Below are positions 1-9,357 of a stretch of DNA of 64,000 nt, one piece after another. The notes beneath the pieces are model-generated. The model had not been told where the DNA came from, searched no databases, and saw only the letters and a list, made by a program, of their open reading frames with translations. This DNA comes from Spirochaetia bacterium (GTDB lineage: Bacteria > Spirochaetota > Spirochaetia > CAKZLE01): assembly GCA_963677595.1 (NCBI GenBank), contig OY782041.1:1248001-1312000 (forward strand), in the 5' to 3' direction. The translations under genes and the position numbers were made by a program. Positions within the stretch are counted from its first letter, which is position 1; every line of letters starts with the position of its first letter.

Positions 1-75
1 GCCTTACTTGCTCCATTCTGTCTGATCGTCTCCTATTTCAGGATCAGGGAAGTGGAGGCGAAGGATGCAGTTTAA
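1..75 (+). CDS. 3' end of a membrane protein, probably an ABC transporter permease (partial)
   Basis: Frame 1 reads ALLAPFCLIVSYFRIREVEAKDAV*. The hydrophobic helix plus 'YFRIRE' tail resembles permeases of YtrA/GntR-ABC operons, and it overlaps the GntR start. Confidence 0.55.
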   Translation, partial: ALLAPFCLIVSYFRIREVEAKDAV

Positions 76-442
76 GGAAAAACGTTCGATCTACCGACAG
101 ATCGCTGACTACATATATACCCAGATCCTGGCCGGGACCTGGACGGACGGGTCGAGGATCCCCTCCATCAGGGATATGTCGATACAGATGGAGGTGAACC
201 CCAACACCATGACACGGGCATACGGCCTGCTGCAGGATGAGGGGATCATCTACAACCAGAGGGGCATCGGGTACTTCACTTCGGAGAATGCCTCCGAACT
301 TACCCTGGCCATGAAGAAACAGGAGTTCATCACGAGCAGGCTGCCTGAGATGTTCTCGACCATGCAGAGCCTGAAGATGGACATTGAGGAACTCCAGGCA
401 CTATTCACGGAATTCAAGGAGCGCAACCATGAAAATGAGTAA
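65..442 (+). CDS. GntR family transcriptional regulator, YtrA subfamily
   Basis: IYRQI...RIPSIR...VNPNTMTRAY...RGIGYF wHTH with a short C-terminus; SD GGAGG upstream. Confidence 0.93.
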   Translation: MQFKEKRSIYRQIADYIYTQILAGTWTDGSRIPSIRDMSIQMEVNPNTMTRAYGLLQDEGIIYNQRGIGYFTSENASELTLAMKKQEFITSRLPEMFSTMQSLKMDIEELQALFTEFKERNHENE

Positions 443-593
443 TAGACTGTTATTGATCGCCTTCGCGGTACTGTTGGTGATGATGCTTGCCGTACTGATC
501 GTCCTCCGGCCGATCACCGATGAGATCATGCAGGGGACTGTACGGCAGTCATCCCTTTATATAGAAACGGCTATACACCGATTACCTGTCTGA
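429..593 (+). CDS. small single-TM membrane protein (54 aa)
   Basis: MKMSNRLLLIAFAVLLVMMLAVLIVLR...; SD AAGGAG upstream; overlaps the gntR 3' end. Confidence 0.6.
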   Translation: MKMSNRLLLIAFAVLLVMMLAVLIVLRPITDEIMQGTVRQSSLYIETAIHRLPV

Positions 594-643
594 CAGACCG
601 CATCTTGCCTGTCTCCCGCCCCGCCTTTTACCAAGAGCGGACC

Positions 644-678
644 GCCCCGCCTTTTACCAAGGCGGGGCTTTGTGTTTT
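644..678 (+). terminator. intrinsic terminator
   Basis: GCCCCGCCTT-ttacc-AAGGCGGGGC followed by TTTGTGTTTT. Confidence 0.8.
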
Positions 679-731
679 CCCATATATGCCCTATACTGTA
701 AGGCGGTCAACCCAAGACAGGAGGCATCAGC

Positions 732-1766
732 ATGCAGCATGAAGTGAAGGAGAAGCAGGACCTGCTCGATTCGAACGGTATCATCACAGAACCCGGCTGG
801 GCTCGGAGCCCCCTCTGGATATACGACCGGAGTGCCGTCAGGGCAAGCTGGATCCGCATCAAGGAGTGGGATTACTACTACGTCCTCTCGCATGACAAGA
901 GGATTGGCCTCTCGGTGACCGTGAGCGACCTCGGGTATATCGGGCTCATGGCGATCTGCTTCCTCGATTTCGAGACGGGCTTCTCCGTCCAGGATGACTC
1001 CCTCGTCCTGCTGCCCAAGGGGAAGATCGGGCTCCCACCCAACTCGGGAGACAGTATTGTGGAGTTCAAGAACAGCAAGCTCTCCATCTCAATCACTACT
1101 GCGGGGAACACCAGGAGGCTGCAGCTCGCTGCAGAGAGCATGGTCCTTCCCGACGGCACCGGGCTGAATGCAGATGTAACCCTGAGGCGGGTAGAAGAGG
1201 ATGAGAGTATCAATATCGCAACGGTATGGAAGGAGAGACCGACGGCTTTCTACCTCAATGAGAAGATCGCCTGCATGGGTGCTTCCGGGACCATAACGGC
1301 CGGAAACAAGACCTACACGCTCGACCCATCGACTGACCTGGGAGGGCTGGACTGGGGCCGGGGTCGATGGACCTACCGGAACCGATGGTACTGGGGGTCG
1401 ACATCAGCGATCGTTGACGGGGTCCCCTTCGGCTTCAACTTCGGCTACGGGTTCAGTGACCGGAGGCCGGCCAGCGAAAACGTCATCTTCCATGGCCATA
1501 GGATCCACAAGCTTGAGGAGGTCGAGTTCATCATCGACACCGACGATTATATGAAGCCCTGGAAGGTGACCAGCTCGGACGGCAGATGCGAGCTCGATTT
1601 CACCCCGGCGCTGGACCGGCATTCTGAGACGAAGGTACTCATGATCAAGTCACTGCAGCACCAGGTCTTCGGGTACTTCAATGGGTTCGTGGTCCTGGAT
1701 GATGGTACACGGGTGGACGTGAAGGACCTTCTCGGGTTCGCGGAGGATGTCTTCAACCAGTGGTGA
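732..1766 (+). CDS. DUF2804 family protein
   Basis: RIKEWDYY, LDWGRGRW..WYW and HQVFGYFNG motifs. Confidence 0.85.
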   Translation: MQHEVKEKQDLLDSNGIITEPGWARSPLWIYDRSAVRASWIRIKEWDYYYVLSHDKRIGLSVTVSDLGYIGLMAICFLDFETGFSVQDDSLVLLPKGKIGLPPNSGDSIVEFKNSKLSISITTAGNTRRLQLAAESMVLPDGTGLNADVTLRRVEEDESINIATVWKERPTAFYLNEKIACMGASGTITAGNKTYTLDPSTDLGGLDWGRGRWTYRNRWYWGSTSAIVDGVPFGFNFGYGFSDRRPASENVIFHGHRIHKLEEVEFIIDTDDYMKPWKVTSSDGRCELDFTPALDRHSETKVLMIKSLQHQVFGYFNGFVVLDDGTRVDVKDLLGFAEDVFNQW

Positions 1767-1769
1767 TGA

Positions 1770-2144
1770 TCACTCCGCCGCTACCTCTGCGACCGCTCTC
1801 AGGAGGACCTTCCGCATGACCGGTTTCTGGAGGTAGCGCGACACCCCGGCCTCAAGGGCCTCCTTGAGGTCGCACTCCCTGCCGTACCCGCTCAGGAGGA
1901 TCGCCTTCACCCCCGGGTTCAGCTGCTTCAGCTCGATGAAGAGCTCCTTCCCCGACATCTCAGGCATGATCATGTCAAGGATGACCAGGTCGTACGAAGC
2001 ACCCCGTTCCCGGTAGATCCCCAGGGCTTCGGAGGGCAGTGCGGCTGGAGTCACGGTATGGCCGCCGCTCATCAGGAGATGAGCCGCCACTTCCCGGCTG
2101 ATCCGTTCATCGTCAACGAGCAGAATTGACAAGGATGTACCCAT
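1770..2144 (-). CDS. single-domain response regulator (receiver)
   Basis: ILLVDD, VILDMIMPEMSG, LLSG and KP motifs. Confidence 0.9.
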   Translation of the reverse strand: MGTSLSILLVDDERISREVAAHLLMSGGHTVTPAALPSEALGIYRERGASYDLVILDMIMPEMSGKELFIELKQLNPGVKAILLSGYGRECDLKEALEAGVSRYLQKPVMRKVLLRAVAEVAAE

Positions 2145-2184
2145 GTGATCTCCCCCTGGTTGTGATACTACCAGTATATAGGAA

Positions 2185-2218
2185 GAAGCTGCTCTTTCCT
2201 AGCAGAAAGAACAGCTTC
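2185..2218 (-). terminator. hairpin downstream of the malic enzyme gene
   Basis: 14-bp inverted repeat whose single mismatch is a G-U pair only on the minus strand. Confidence 0.6.
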
Positions 2219-2262
2219 AACGAGAAACCAGGCACACAGTGAGTCTACGGGATCGACCCCGA

Positions 2263-3549
2263 TCAATCCCAGTAGGGCTCCATTCTCTTCTTCAATGATT
2301 CCCGGTACGCATCCCAATCTTCGATGGGATACTTAGCCAGTCCTTCATCACAGGCAGCCTTGGCGACTGCGACAGCTTCATATTCGATGACCCTCGGGTC
2401 AAATGGTTTGGGGACGATATAATTTCTTCCGAATGCGAAGTCCTGACCGCCGTAAGCGCCCTTGACTGATTCAGGAACTGGTTCCTTGGCAAGTGCTGCC
2501 AGCGCGTATGCGGCAGCGAGCTTCATGCCTTCGGAGATCTTCGATGACCGTACATCGAGAGCCCCGCGGAAGATGAAGGGGAACCCGAGCACATTATTGA
2601 TCTGGTTCGGGTAGTCAGACCGGCCGGTAGCCATGATCAGGTCATCCCTGGTATCCATGGCCAGCTTGTAGTCGATCTCAGGATCCGGGTTGCTCATGGC
2701 GAACACGATCGGGTCCTTTGCCATCGACAGGAGCATCTCCGGGGTCACGCAGTTCGCAACCGAGAGGCCCATGAAGACATCGGCCCCGTCCATGGCTTCT
2801 GCCAGGGTCCTGGCTTCGGTGTCATTTGCCATATCCTCTTTCTCCGGAGTCATGCGCTCAGTACGTCCCTGGTAGATGACGCCCTTGCTGTCGCACATGA
2901 TCACGTTCTCTTTCTTCACCCCGCAGGCGATGAACATCTTCGCACAGGACATCCCGGCTGAACCGGCGCCGTTGACGACGAGCTTCAGGTCTTCCATCTT
3001 CTTGCCGACGATCTCAGCTGCGTTCAGCAGGCCGGCAGTCGATACGATAGCCGTCCCGTGCTGGTCGTCGTGGAAGATGGGGATGTCGCACATCTCGATG
3101 AGGGTCTGCTCGATCTTGAAGCACTCCGGTGCCTTGATATCCTCGAGGTTCACCCCGCCGAAGGTCGGCTCGAGCATCTTGACCACCTCGATGATCTTAT
3201 CAGGGTCGAGGGTATCGAGTTCCAGGTCGAACACGTCCACATCAGCGAACCTCTTGAAGAGAACGCCCTTCCCCTCCATGACCGGCTTGGAAGCAAGCGC
3301 ACCCCTGTTCCCGAGCCCGAGGATGGCTGTACCGTTCGAGATGACTGCTACAAGGTTTCCCTTTGATGTATACTGGTAGGCAGTCTCGGGGTTTTCAGCG
3401 ATCTCAAGGACCGGCTTGGCAACACCAGGGGTATAAGCCAGTGAGAGATCATCAGCAGTCGCACATGGTTTTGTGGGAACCACTGATACTTTTCCAGGCT
3501 TGCCGTCCATCGTGTGGTAGGCAAGAGCTTTCTTCTTCAATTCATCCAT
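2263..3549 (-). CDS. NAD(P)-dependent malic enzyme (MaeB N-terminal type, no PTA domain)
   Basis: [32 protein letters not shown] and [13 protein letters not shown] motifs. Confidence 0.93.
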   Translation of the reverse strand: MDELKKKALAYHTMDGKPGKVSVVPTKPCATADDLSLAYTPGVAKPVLEIAENPETAYQYTSKGNLVAVISNGTAILGLGNRGALASKPVMEGKGVLFKRFADVDVFDLELDTLDPDKIIEVVKMLEPTFGGVNLEDIKAPECFKIEQTLIEMCDIPIFHDDQHGTAIVSTAGLLNAAEIVGKKMEDLKLVVNGAGSAGMSCAKMFIACGVKKENVIMCDSKGVIYQGRTERMTPEKEDMANDTEARTLAEAMDGADVFMGLSVANCVTPEMLLSMAKDPIVFAMSNPDPEIDYKLAMDTRDDLIMATGRSDYPNQINNVLGFPFIFRGALDVRSSKISEGMKLAAAYALAALAKEPVPESVKGAYGGQDFAFGRNYIVPKPFDPRVIEYEAVAVAKAACDEGLAKYPIEDWDAYRESLKKRMEPYWD

Positions 3550-3642
3550 TCGAACCCTCCAAAAATATTCGCATTCCTGCGAACACTGTTTCTATTTTTT
3601 CCCCCGGATGTGTATGCAAATCCGGGGGTTTATTCCTGGATT

Positions 3643-4770
3643 CTAGTTCTCGAAATCGAAGGTGTACCCGAGATCGTACCGATCACGAAGCTCGACCATC
3701 ACCTTCTGGAGCGACTCGGGAACCGGGCAGCCGTGTTCCTTCCGGTACTGCCATGCGATATGCTCCTTCTCGCCGGCAGTATAGATCCTCTCCGCATCCG
3801 GGGCCACAGTTGAGTTCCTGACCTCCCGGCAGATGTTCCCGGCTATCCTTTTGAGCGTATCGAGTCCCATGAACCGTTCCGGGTCGATCGCTATGAAGAA
3901 ATGGCCGAGCGGATAGGGGATCCTCTTCCCGTCAGCATCGAAACCGTTCAGGGCCTTGAGGTAGCTCCCGTCCTGGAGCGCTGCCGAGAGGATCTCGACG
4001 ACCATCGAGTAGCCGAATCCCTTGTACCCTCCGGTGCTCTCCCCCAGCCCGCCGAGCGGGGCGAGGGCTGCCTTGCCCTTGGTCAGGTCTACGAGGATCT
4101 GCTTCGTATCGGTACGGGTCTTGCCGTCATTGCCGATGACCCAGCCCGGGGGAAGCTCCTTCCCTGCCCGGCCGTATACCTCGATCTTCCCCCGCTGTGA
4201 GACCGATGTCGCACAGTCGAGCACGAAGGGGAACTCCTCGTCGGTCGGGATCCCGAAGGTCAGCGGGTTGGTGCCGAGCATGTTCTCCACCCCAAAGGTC
4301 GGGGCGATCGAAGGCCTGGCATTGGTCCCGGTGATACCGATCATCCCGGCTTCAGTCGCCATGAGGTTATAGTAGCCGGCAATACCGTAATGGGTCGAGT
4401 TTCGTACTGCGACCATACCCATGCCGTACTCTTTCGCCTTCTCGATCGCCATCTCCATCGCCTTCTTGCCGACGACATGGCCCATCCCGTTATTCCCGTC
4501 AAGGACTGCAGCCGTCATGTCATCCTTTACCACATCGATCTTCGTGACCGGGTTCAGGATCCCGGCATCGATACGGTCGATGTAGATCGGCTTCAGCCGA
4601 CCGATCCCATGTGAATCTATCCCTCTCTTGTCAGAGGTGATGAGGATCTCCGTAACGACTTCTGCATCCGCTGCCGGGATCCCCGCCCCGATCAGGGCAT
4701 CGTACATGAACCTCTCGAGCACCTCGAAATCTACCCAAACACAATCCTTGTAAGCATCCTCATAAGCCAT
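3643..4770 (-). CDS. Ldh_2 family oxidoreductase (malate/L-lactate dehydrogenase type 2)
   Basis: RGIDSHG, NSTHYG, GTNP and GYKGFG motifs; start chosen at MAYED after SD AGGAGG. Confidence 0.9.
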   Translation of the reverse strand: MAYEDAYKDCVWVDFEVLERFMYDALIGAGIPAADAEVVTEILITSDKRGIDSHGIGRLKPIYIDRIDAGILNPVTKIDVVKDDMTAAVLDGNNGMGHVVGKKAMEMAIEKAKEYGMGMVAVRNSTHYGIAGYYNLMATEAGMIGITGTNARPSIAPTFGVENMLGTNPLTFGIPTDEEFPFVLDCATSVSQRGKIEVYGRAGKELPPGWVIGNDGKTRTDTKQILVDLTKGKAALAPLGGLGESTGGYKGFGYSMVVEILSAALQDGSYLKALNGFDADGKRIPYPLGHFFIAIDPERFMGLDTLKRIAGNICREVRNSTVAPDAERIYTAGEKEHIAWQYRKEHGCPVPESLQKVMVELRDRYDLGYTFDFEN

Positions 4771-4824
4771 AAACCGCCTCCTTGACTTATTCATTATCCT
4801 ATTCTATGTCTCACATGACTCCTG

Positions 4825-5598
4825 TCATGCTATTACCAGCTGTATCCCCGCCTTCTGCAGCTCCTGGTCGGTGAGGAAATCCCCGGCAGCCCGGTCAGTG
4901 ACCAGGCAGTCGATCCGTTCCACCGATGCCGTCTTGAAGTTGGATACGATCCCCATCTTGCTGCTCGCCGCCACCACGATCACCTTCCCCACTGTCTTAT
5001 CGATCATAGCCCGGGTGATCTCCGCCTCCTGCATGATCGGGGTCGTCAGCCCATGTGAGAAGCTGAACCCGTCGACACCGATGATCAGCTTGTTCGCGTA
5101 GACCCGCTCCAGGGCCAGCTGGGCGAAATTCCCGGCGACCGAGTGTGACTGGGTCCGGTAGTTCCCCCCGAGGAACACGATATCGAAGGCAGCTTCCTCG
5201 GCGACGAGGGCTGCCGCTATATTATTGGTGATGATCGTGACGTTCTTGTCCCGGAGGGCCCTGATCACCTGGAGGGTCGTGGACCCGCTGTTGATGAGGA
5301 CCATGTCTCCTTCGTCGATCATGGAGGCAGCTGCAATACCGATCCGTTCCTTCTCCTCACGCTGCTGCCGCTCCTTCTGCGAGAAGAGCGGCTCCACGGA
5401 CATGCTCTGCCTCAGGACTGCCCCGCCGTGGGAACGTTCAAGGATACCGAGCTGCTCAAGGGCATCGAGATCACGCCTGATCGTGAGGACGGAGACCTGG
5501 AACAGGTCACTCAACTCATTGACCCGTACCACCCCGTTCTGTGTGATCATCTCCCGTATCTTCTGCTGTCGATCCGCTGGGATCAGCCCGGCTGACAT
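4825..5598 (-). CDS. DeoR/GlpR family transcriptional regulator
   Basis: VSVLTIRRDL HTH, RSHGGA, and a sugar-phosphate-binding domain (INSGSTT, ITNN). Confidence 0.93.
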   Translation of the reverse strand: MSAGLIPADRQQKIREMITQNGVVRVNELSDLFQVSVLTIRRDLDALEQLGILERSHGGAVLRQSMSVEPLFSQKERQQREEKERIGIAAASMIDEGDMVLINSGSTTLQVIRALRDKNVTIITNNIAAALVAEEAAFDIVFLGGNYRTQSHSVAGNFAQLALERVYANKLIIGVDGFSFSHGLTTPIMQEAEITRAMIDKTVGKVIVVAASSKMGIVSNFKTASVERIDCLVTDRAAGDFLTDQELQKAGIQLVIA

Positions 5599-5610
5599 AT
5601 ATGCCCCTTT

Positions 5611-5710
5611 TTGAACCTTTCATGTTCGTTTTATGAACGTTTATGAATGTATTTGCATATTATAGTCACTTACTCATGATGTCAAGAGAGATATTTGAAC
5701 TTTTTTGAAC
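5611..5710. promoter_or_regulatory. putative DeoR/GlpR operator repeats in the divergent promoter
   Basis: WTGAAY at 5611, 5633, 5643, 5695 and 5705 (two pairs 10 bp apart), plus the imperfect palindrome ATGTTCG-TTTTA-TGAACGT resembling a GlpR site. Confidence 0.6.
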
Positions 5711-5755
5711 TTTTACTATCTTCTCATATCAGAATGAATCAGGTATAGTGAAGAT

Positions 5756-7219
5756 ATGGAACCATACGACCTCATCATCATAGGGGCAGGGGTCATCGGG
5801 GCAGCCATTGCCCGTGAGCTGTCTGCCTACACCCTCCGCACAGCAGTCCTTGAAGCCGAGGCGGATGTCGGGTTCGGCATCAGCTGCCGAAACAGCGGGG
5901 TAGTCCACTCAGGCATCCATTACCAGCCGGGATCAGGCAGGGCGTACCATGCCGTACGGGGAAACAGGATGCTCGAAGGACTCTGTGACGAACTCGGAGT
6001 CCCCTTCAGGAGACTCGGGAAGCTGACCGTCTCCTTCACGGAAGAGCAGACTCATACCCTTGAAGGGCTCTTTCGGCAGGGGACGGAGAACGGTGTTCCC
6101 GGCCTCGAGATCATAGGCAAAGATCGGATGCAGGAGCTGCAGCCAGGTGTAGGCGGCACCAGGGCTCTCTACTCCCCCTCCACCGGGATCGTCAGCCCCT
6201 ATGAGCTCACGATCGCCCTGGCTGAGCACGCCCACGCGAACGGTGTGGAGTTCCACTTCGAAAAGCAGGTTGCCTCGATCACGAAGGGGCAGGAGCTCTT
6301 CACCGTCACCACGACGAATGGGTCGACCTTCCAGGGCAGGGTCATCATCGATGCCGCCGGGCTCAACTCCGATAAGATCGCTAACATGGCCGGGATCAAT
6401 GGACACACGATCTACCCCTGCCGGGGGGAGTACTATGTCCTCGACAAGCGTCTTGGGGATGAACTCAACCTGCTCGTCTATCCGGTGCCCGGACACCACA
6501 GCGGCGGACTCGGGATCCATCTCACCAATACCGTGGACGGGAACATCCTCATCGGGCCGAGCAGCGAATATATTGATGACCCGGAAGACCTTTCGACGAC
6601 GGTAGACGTCCTCGCCCAGCTCCGGGAAGAGGGGCATGCCCTGCTTCCCTCCCTGACCGAGGGGGACTTCATCCGCTCCTTTGCCGGCCTCCGCCCGAAA
6701 CTCACCCCTCCGGAGATCGGGGGCTACCGTGACTTCATCATAGAGGACCATGACCGGTTCATCCTGCTCTCCGGCATCGAGAGCCCGGGCCTTACCGCCT
6801 CCCCCTCGATCGCGGAACAGGTCAGAGATATGGTCGGGGAGCACCTCCCCCTTACCTGGAAGGAACAGCTGGTTCCCCCAGTGCGCCGACCGCAGCGGTT
6901 CCTCGACCTGTCGGAAGCAGCACAGGAGCAGCTGCTCAGGGAGGACCCTGCCTACGGCTCCATCGCCTGCCGGTGCGAGGGGATCACGAAGGCGGAGGTC
7001 CTAGATGCGGCGGACAGGATCCTGGGACCGGTCACCTATACCGGCATCAAGCTGCGGTGCCGGGCGATGATGGGCCGCTGCCAGGGAGGGTTCTGCATCC
7101 CGAGGATCGCGGAGATCCTCCAGGAGGAGCGGGGGATCGAGATCACGGACCAGTTCTACAAGGGAGGATCCTCTCCCATGTTCTCCTCCCCGATGCGGAG
7201 GGATTCATATGAAGCATGA
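5756..7219 (+). CDS. FAD-dependent oxidoreductase with C-terminal BFD-like [2Fe-2S] domain (GlpA/LhgO-like)
   Basis: GAGVIG, SCRNSGVVHSG, GIESPGLTAS and CRCE...GRCQGGFC motifs. Confidence 0.88.
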   Translation: MEPYDLIIIGAGVIGAAIARELSAYTLRTAVLEAEADVGFGISCRNSGVVHSGIHYQPGSGRAYHAVRGNRMLEGLCDELGVPFRRLGKLTVSFTEEQTHTLEGLFRQGTENGVPGLEIIGKDRMQELQPGVGGTRALYSPSTGIVSPYELTIALAEHAHANGVEFHFEKQVASITKGQELFTVTTTNGSTFQGRVIIDAAGLNSDKIANMAGINGHTIYPCRGEYYVLDKRLGDELNLLVYPVPGHHSGGLGIHLTNTVDGNILIGPSSEYIDDPEDLSTTVDVLAQLREEGHALLPSLTEGDFIRSFAGLRPKLTPPEIGGYRDFIIEDHDRFILLSGIESPGLTASPSIAEQVRDMVGEHLPLTWKEQLVPPVRRPQRFLDLSEAAQEQLLREDPAYGSIACRCEGITKAEVLDAADRILGPVTYTGIKLRCRAMMGRCQGGFCIPRIAEILQEERGIEITDQFYKGGSSPMFSSPMRRDSYEA

Positions 7220-8456
7220 CTACCGTATCGTCATCATCGGTGCCGGCCCTGCAGGCACGGCTGCCGCAATTGGAGCGAAGGCTGCGGGGGAGGACTCCAT
7301 CCTCGTCATCGACCGGGACGACCGCGCCGGCGGCATCCTCAACCAGTGCATCCATGACGGGTTCGGGCTTACCCGGTACCGCAAGGCCCTCTCAGGCCCG
7401 GAATATGCGCAGATCGATATCGACCGGTGCGCAGAGCATTCGATCCCCATCATTACGGGGACCTATGTCCATTCGATCGAGAAGGACGGGGAGCGCTTCA
7501 TCATCAGGGCGATGACGGAAGGCCGTCTCTATATAATCACCGCCTTCGCGGTGATCCTAGCCATGGGGTGCAGGGAGCGGACCGCGGGGGCGATCAGCCT
7601 GCCGGGGACCAGGCCTGCCGGGATCTATACCGCGGGGACTGCGCAGAGACTGCTGAACATGCAGAACACCATGGTAGGGAGGAGGTGCGTCATCATAGGC
7701 TCCGGCGATATCGGGCTCATCATGGCCAGGAGGATGACCCTCGAAGGTGCTGAAGTGAAGGCAGTCACGGAGATCCAGCGATGGCCGGGCGGGCTGGACC
7801 GGAACATCAGGCAGTGCCTTGATGATTTCTCGATCCCGCTCTTCCTGGGCACAGGGATCGTTTCCGTCCACGGGAAGGACCGTGTCACCGGTGTGACCAT
7901 CGCCCCGGTGAAGGAGGACAGATCACTCGATCTGGAACACTCCCAGCGGATCGCCTGCGACACGGTCCTGCTCTCGGTCGGGCTCATCCCGGAGAACGAG
8001 CTCTCCCGGGCGATCGACGTTGCCATCGACCCGGTCACGCAGGGACCGATCGTCTCCGACGGGCTCATGACCTCGGTACCCGGGGTGTTCGCCTGCGGGA
8101 ATGTCCTGCAGGTCCATGACATCGTGGACCTGGTATCTGAGGAGGCGGAACGGGCCGGGAGGGCGGCAGCGGCCTTTCTCCAGGGAAGCCCCTCACGAAC
8201 AGATCTCCAGCCGGTGTTCGCCGGTAGGAATATACGCTACTGTGTCCCCCAGGTCGTGAGCCCGGGGAGGCGGGTGATCATCAGCTGCAGGGTCTCCGAG
8301 CCGCTTGAGCAGGTAAAGATCATCATCGCCGATGGGGAGAGGCGGATCACCCAGAAGCGCTTCGACTTCATCGCCCCCTCGGAGATGGTCCAGCTGCGGG
8401 TCTCGATCCCCCAAGAGATCACCGGCTCACTGGAGGTATATGTTGAACAGCAGTGA
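7209..8456 (+). CDS. NAD(P)/FAD-dependent pyridine nucleotide-disulfide oxidoreductase
   Basis: GAGPAG, GGILNQCIH, MGCRER, GSGDIG and FACGN motifs; usual partner of the upstream gene. Confidence 0.88.
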   Translation: MKHDYRIVIIGAGPAGTAAAIGAKAAGEDSILVIDRDDRAGGILNQCIHDGFGLTRYRKALSGPEYAQIDIDRCAEHSIPIITGTYVHSIEKDGERFIIRAMTEGRLYIITAFAVILAMGCRERTAGAISLPGTRPAGIYTAGTAQRLLNMQNTMVGRRCVIIGSGDIGLIMARRMTLEGAEVKAVTEIQRWPGGLDRNIRQCLDDFSIPLFLGTGIVSVHGKDRVTGVTIAPVKEDRSLDLEHSQRIACDTVLLSVGLIPENELSRAIDVAIDPVTQGPIVSDGLMTSVPGVFACGNVLQVHDIVDLVSEEAERAGRAAAAFLQGSPSRTDLQPVFAGRNIRYCVPQVVSPGRRVIISCRVSEPLEQVKIIIADGERRITQKRFDFIAPSEMVQLRVSIPQEITGSLEVYVEQQ

Positions 8457-8829
8457 GAAATGCATACAGCTCACCTGCATCGTCTGCCCCAACAGCTGCA
8501 GGATGGAAGTCATCCAGGATGCTGGTTCAGGGGAGATCCTCTCGGTCACCGGCCACCTCTGCAACCGAGGGAAGATTTGGGCTGAGCAGGAGCTCCTCGA
8601 TCCGCACCGGACGCTCTGCACGAGCATAGCTGTATACGGCGGGAGTGAACCCCTGACCAGTGTCCGCACGACTGCTCTGGTGCCGAGATCAAGGATCCCG
8701 GAACTCATGGAGCTGCTCAAGGCTATCTCGCTGCCCGCCCCGGTCAGGATCGGCCAGGTCGTGATCCAGGGACCCCTGGGACTCGATTGCGACGTGATCG
8801 TGACACGGGACGTGAAACAAAGCCGCTAG
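8440..8829 (+). CDS. DUF1667 domain metal-binding protein
   Basis: CIVCPNSC...C.RG..WAEQE..DP.RTL motif; SD GGAGG before ATG 8440. Confidence 0.88.
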   Translation: MLNSSEKCIQLTCIVCPNSCRMEVIQDAGSGEILSVTGHLCNRGKIWAEQELLDPHRTLCTSIAVYGGSEPLTSVRTTALVPRSRIPELMELLKAISLPAPVRIGQVVIQGPLGLDCDVIVTRDVKQSR

Positions 8830-8892
8830 CCTGTGAGTTTACAAAACCATGACCATACGCTACACTATGGCTACAGCAGAAAAGGAGTCCTT

Positions 8893-9357
8893 ATGGCGAG
8901 ACCGAGAAAGAACCGAAAGATATTAGGCAAACCGCCGCATAACCTCTACAAACCAGCCGGTGTTCCCAGCACCGAGCTTGAGACGATCACCCTGACACTC
9001 GATGAGCTGGAAGCCCTCCGGCTTGCGGATTACGAGGCCCTCTACCAGGAGGATGCTGCCAAGGTCATGAACATCTCCCGGCAGACATTCGGAAATATAG
9101 TCATCAGCGCCAGGCAGAAGTGCGCGGAAGCACTGCTCCAGGGTAAGATGCTCCTGATCGAAGGCGGTGATTTCGAGATCGATGAGGGCCGGAAGGTGAT
9201 CTGTGACGGCTGCGGCCGATCCTGGAGATCCATCCTCGAGGACGGCAGGAGTGAGAGCTGCCCGATCGCCCAACCACCAGGCCGGAGAGGCAGAGGCAGG
9301 GGATACGGCCGGGGACAGGGTCGGTCAGCCAAGCCTGAGGACACCCCTACCGAGTAG
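8893..9357 (+). CDS. DUF134 domain DNA-binding protein
   Basis: MARPRK...ELEALRLAD...ISRQTF..ARQK; C-terminal CxxC and a Gly/Arg tail. Confidence 0.88.
   Translation: MARPRKNRKILGKPPHNLYKPAGVPSTELETITLTLDELEALRLADYEALYQEDAAKVMNISRQTFGNIVISARQKCAEALLQGKMLLIEGGDFEIDEGRKVICDGCGRSWRSILEDGRSESCPIAQPPGRRGRGRGYGRGQGRSAKPEDTPTE

Noticed and set aside
3601-3628. Hairpin CCCCCGGAT..ATCCGGGGG as a terminator of the Ldh_2 gene
   Set aside because: On the coding (minus) strand it is followed by A residues, not U; at most it is a stabilising hairpin.
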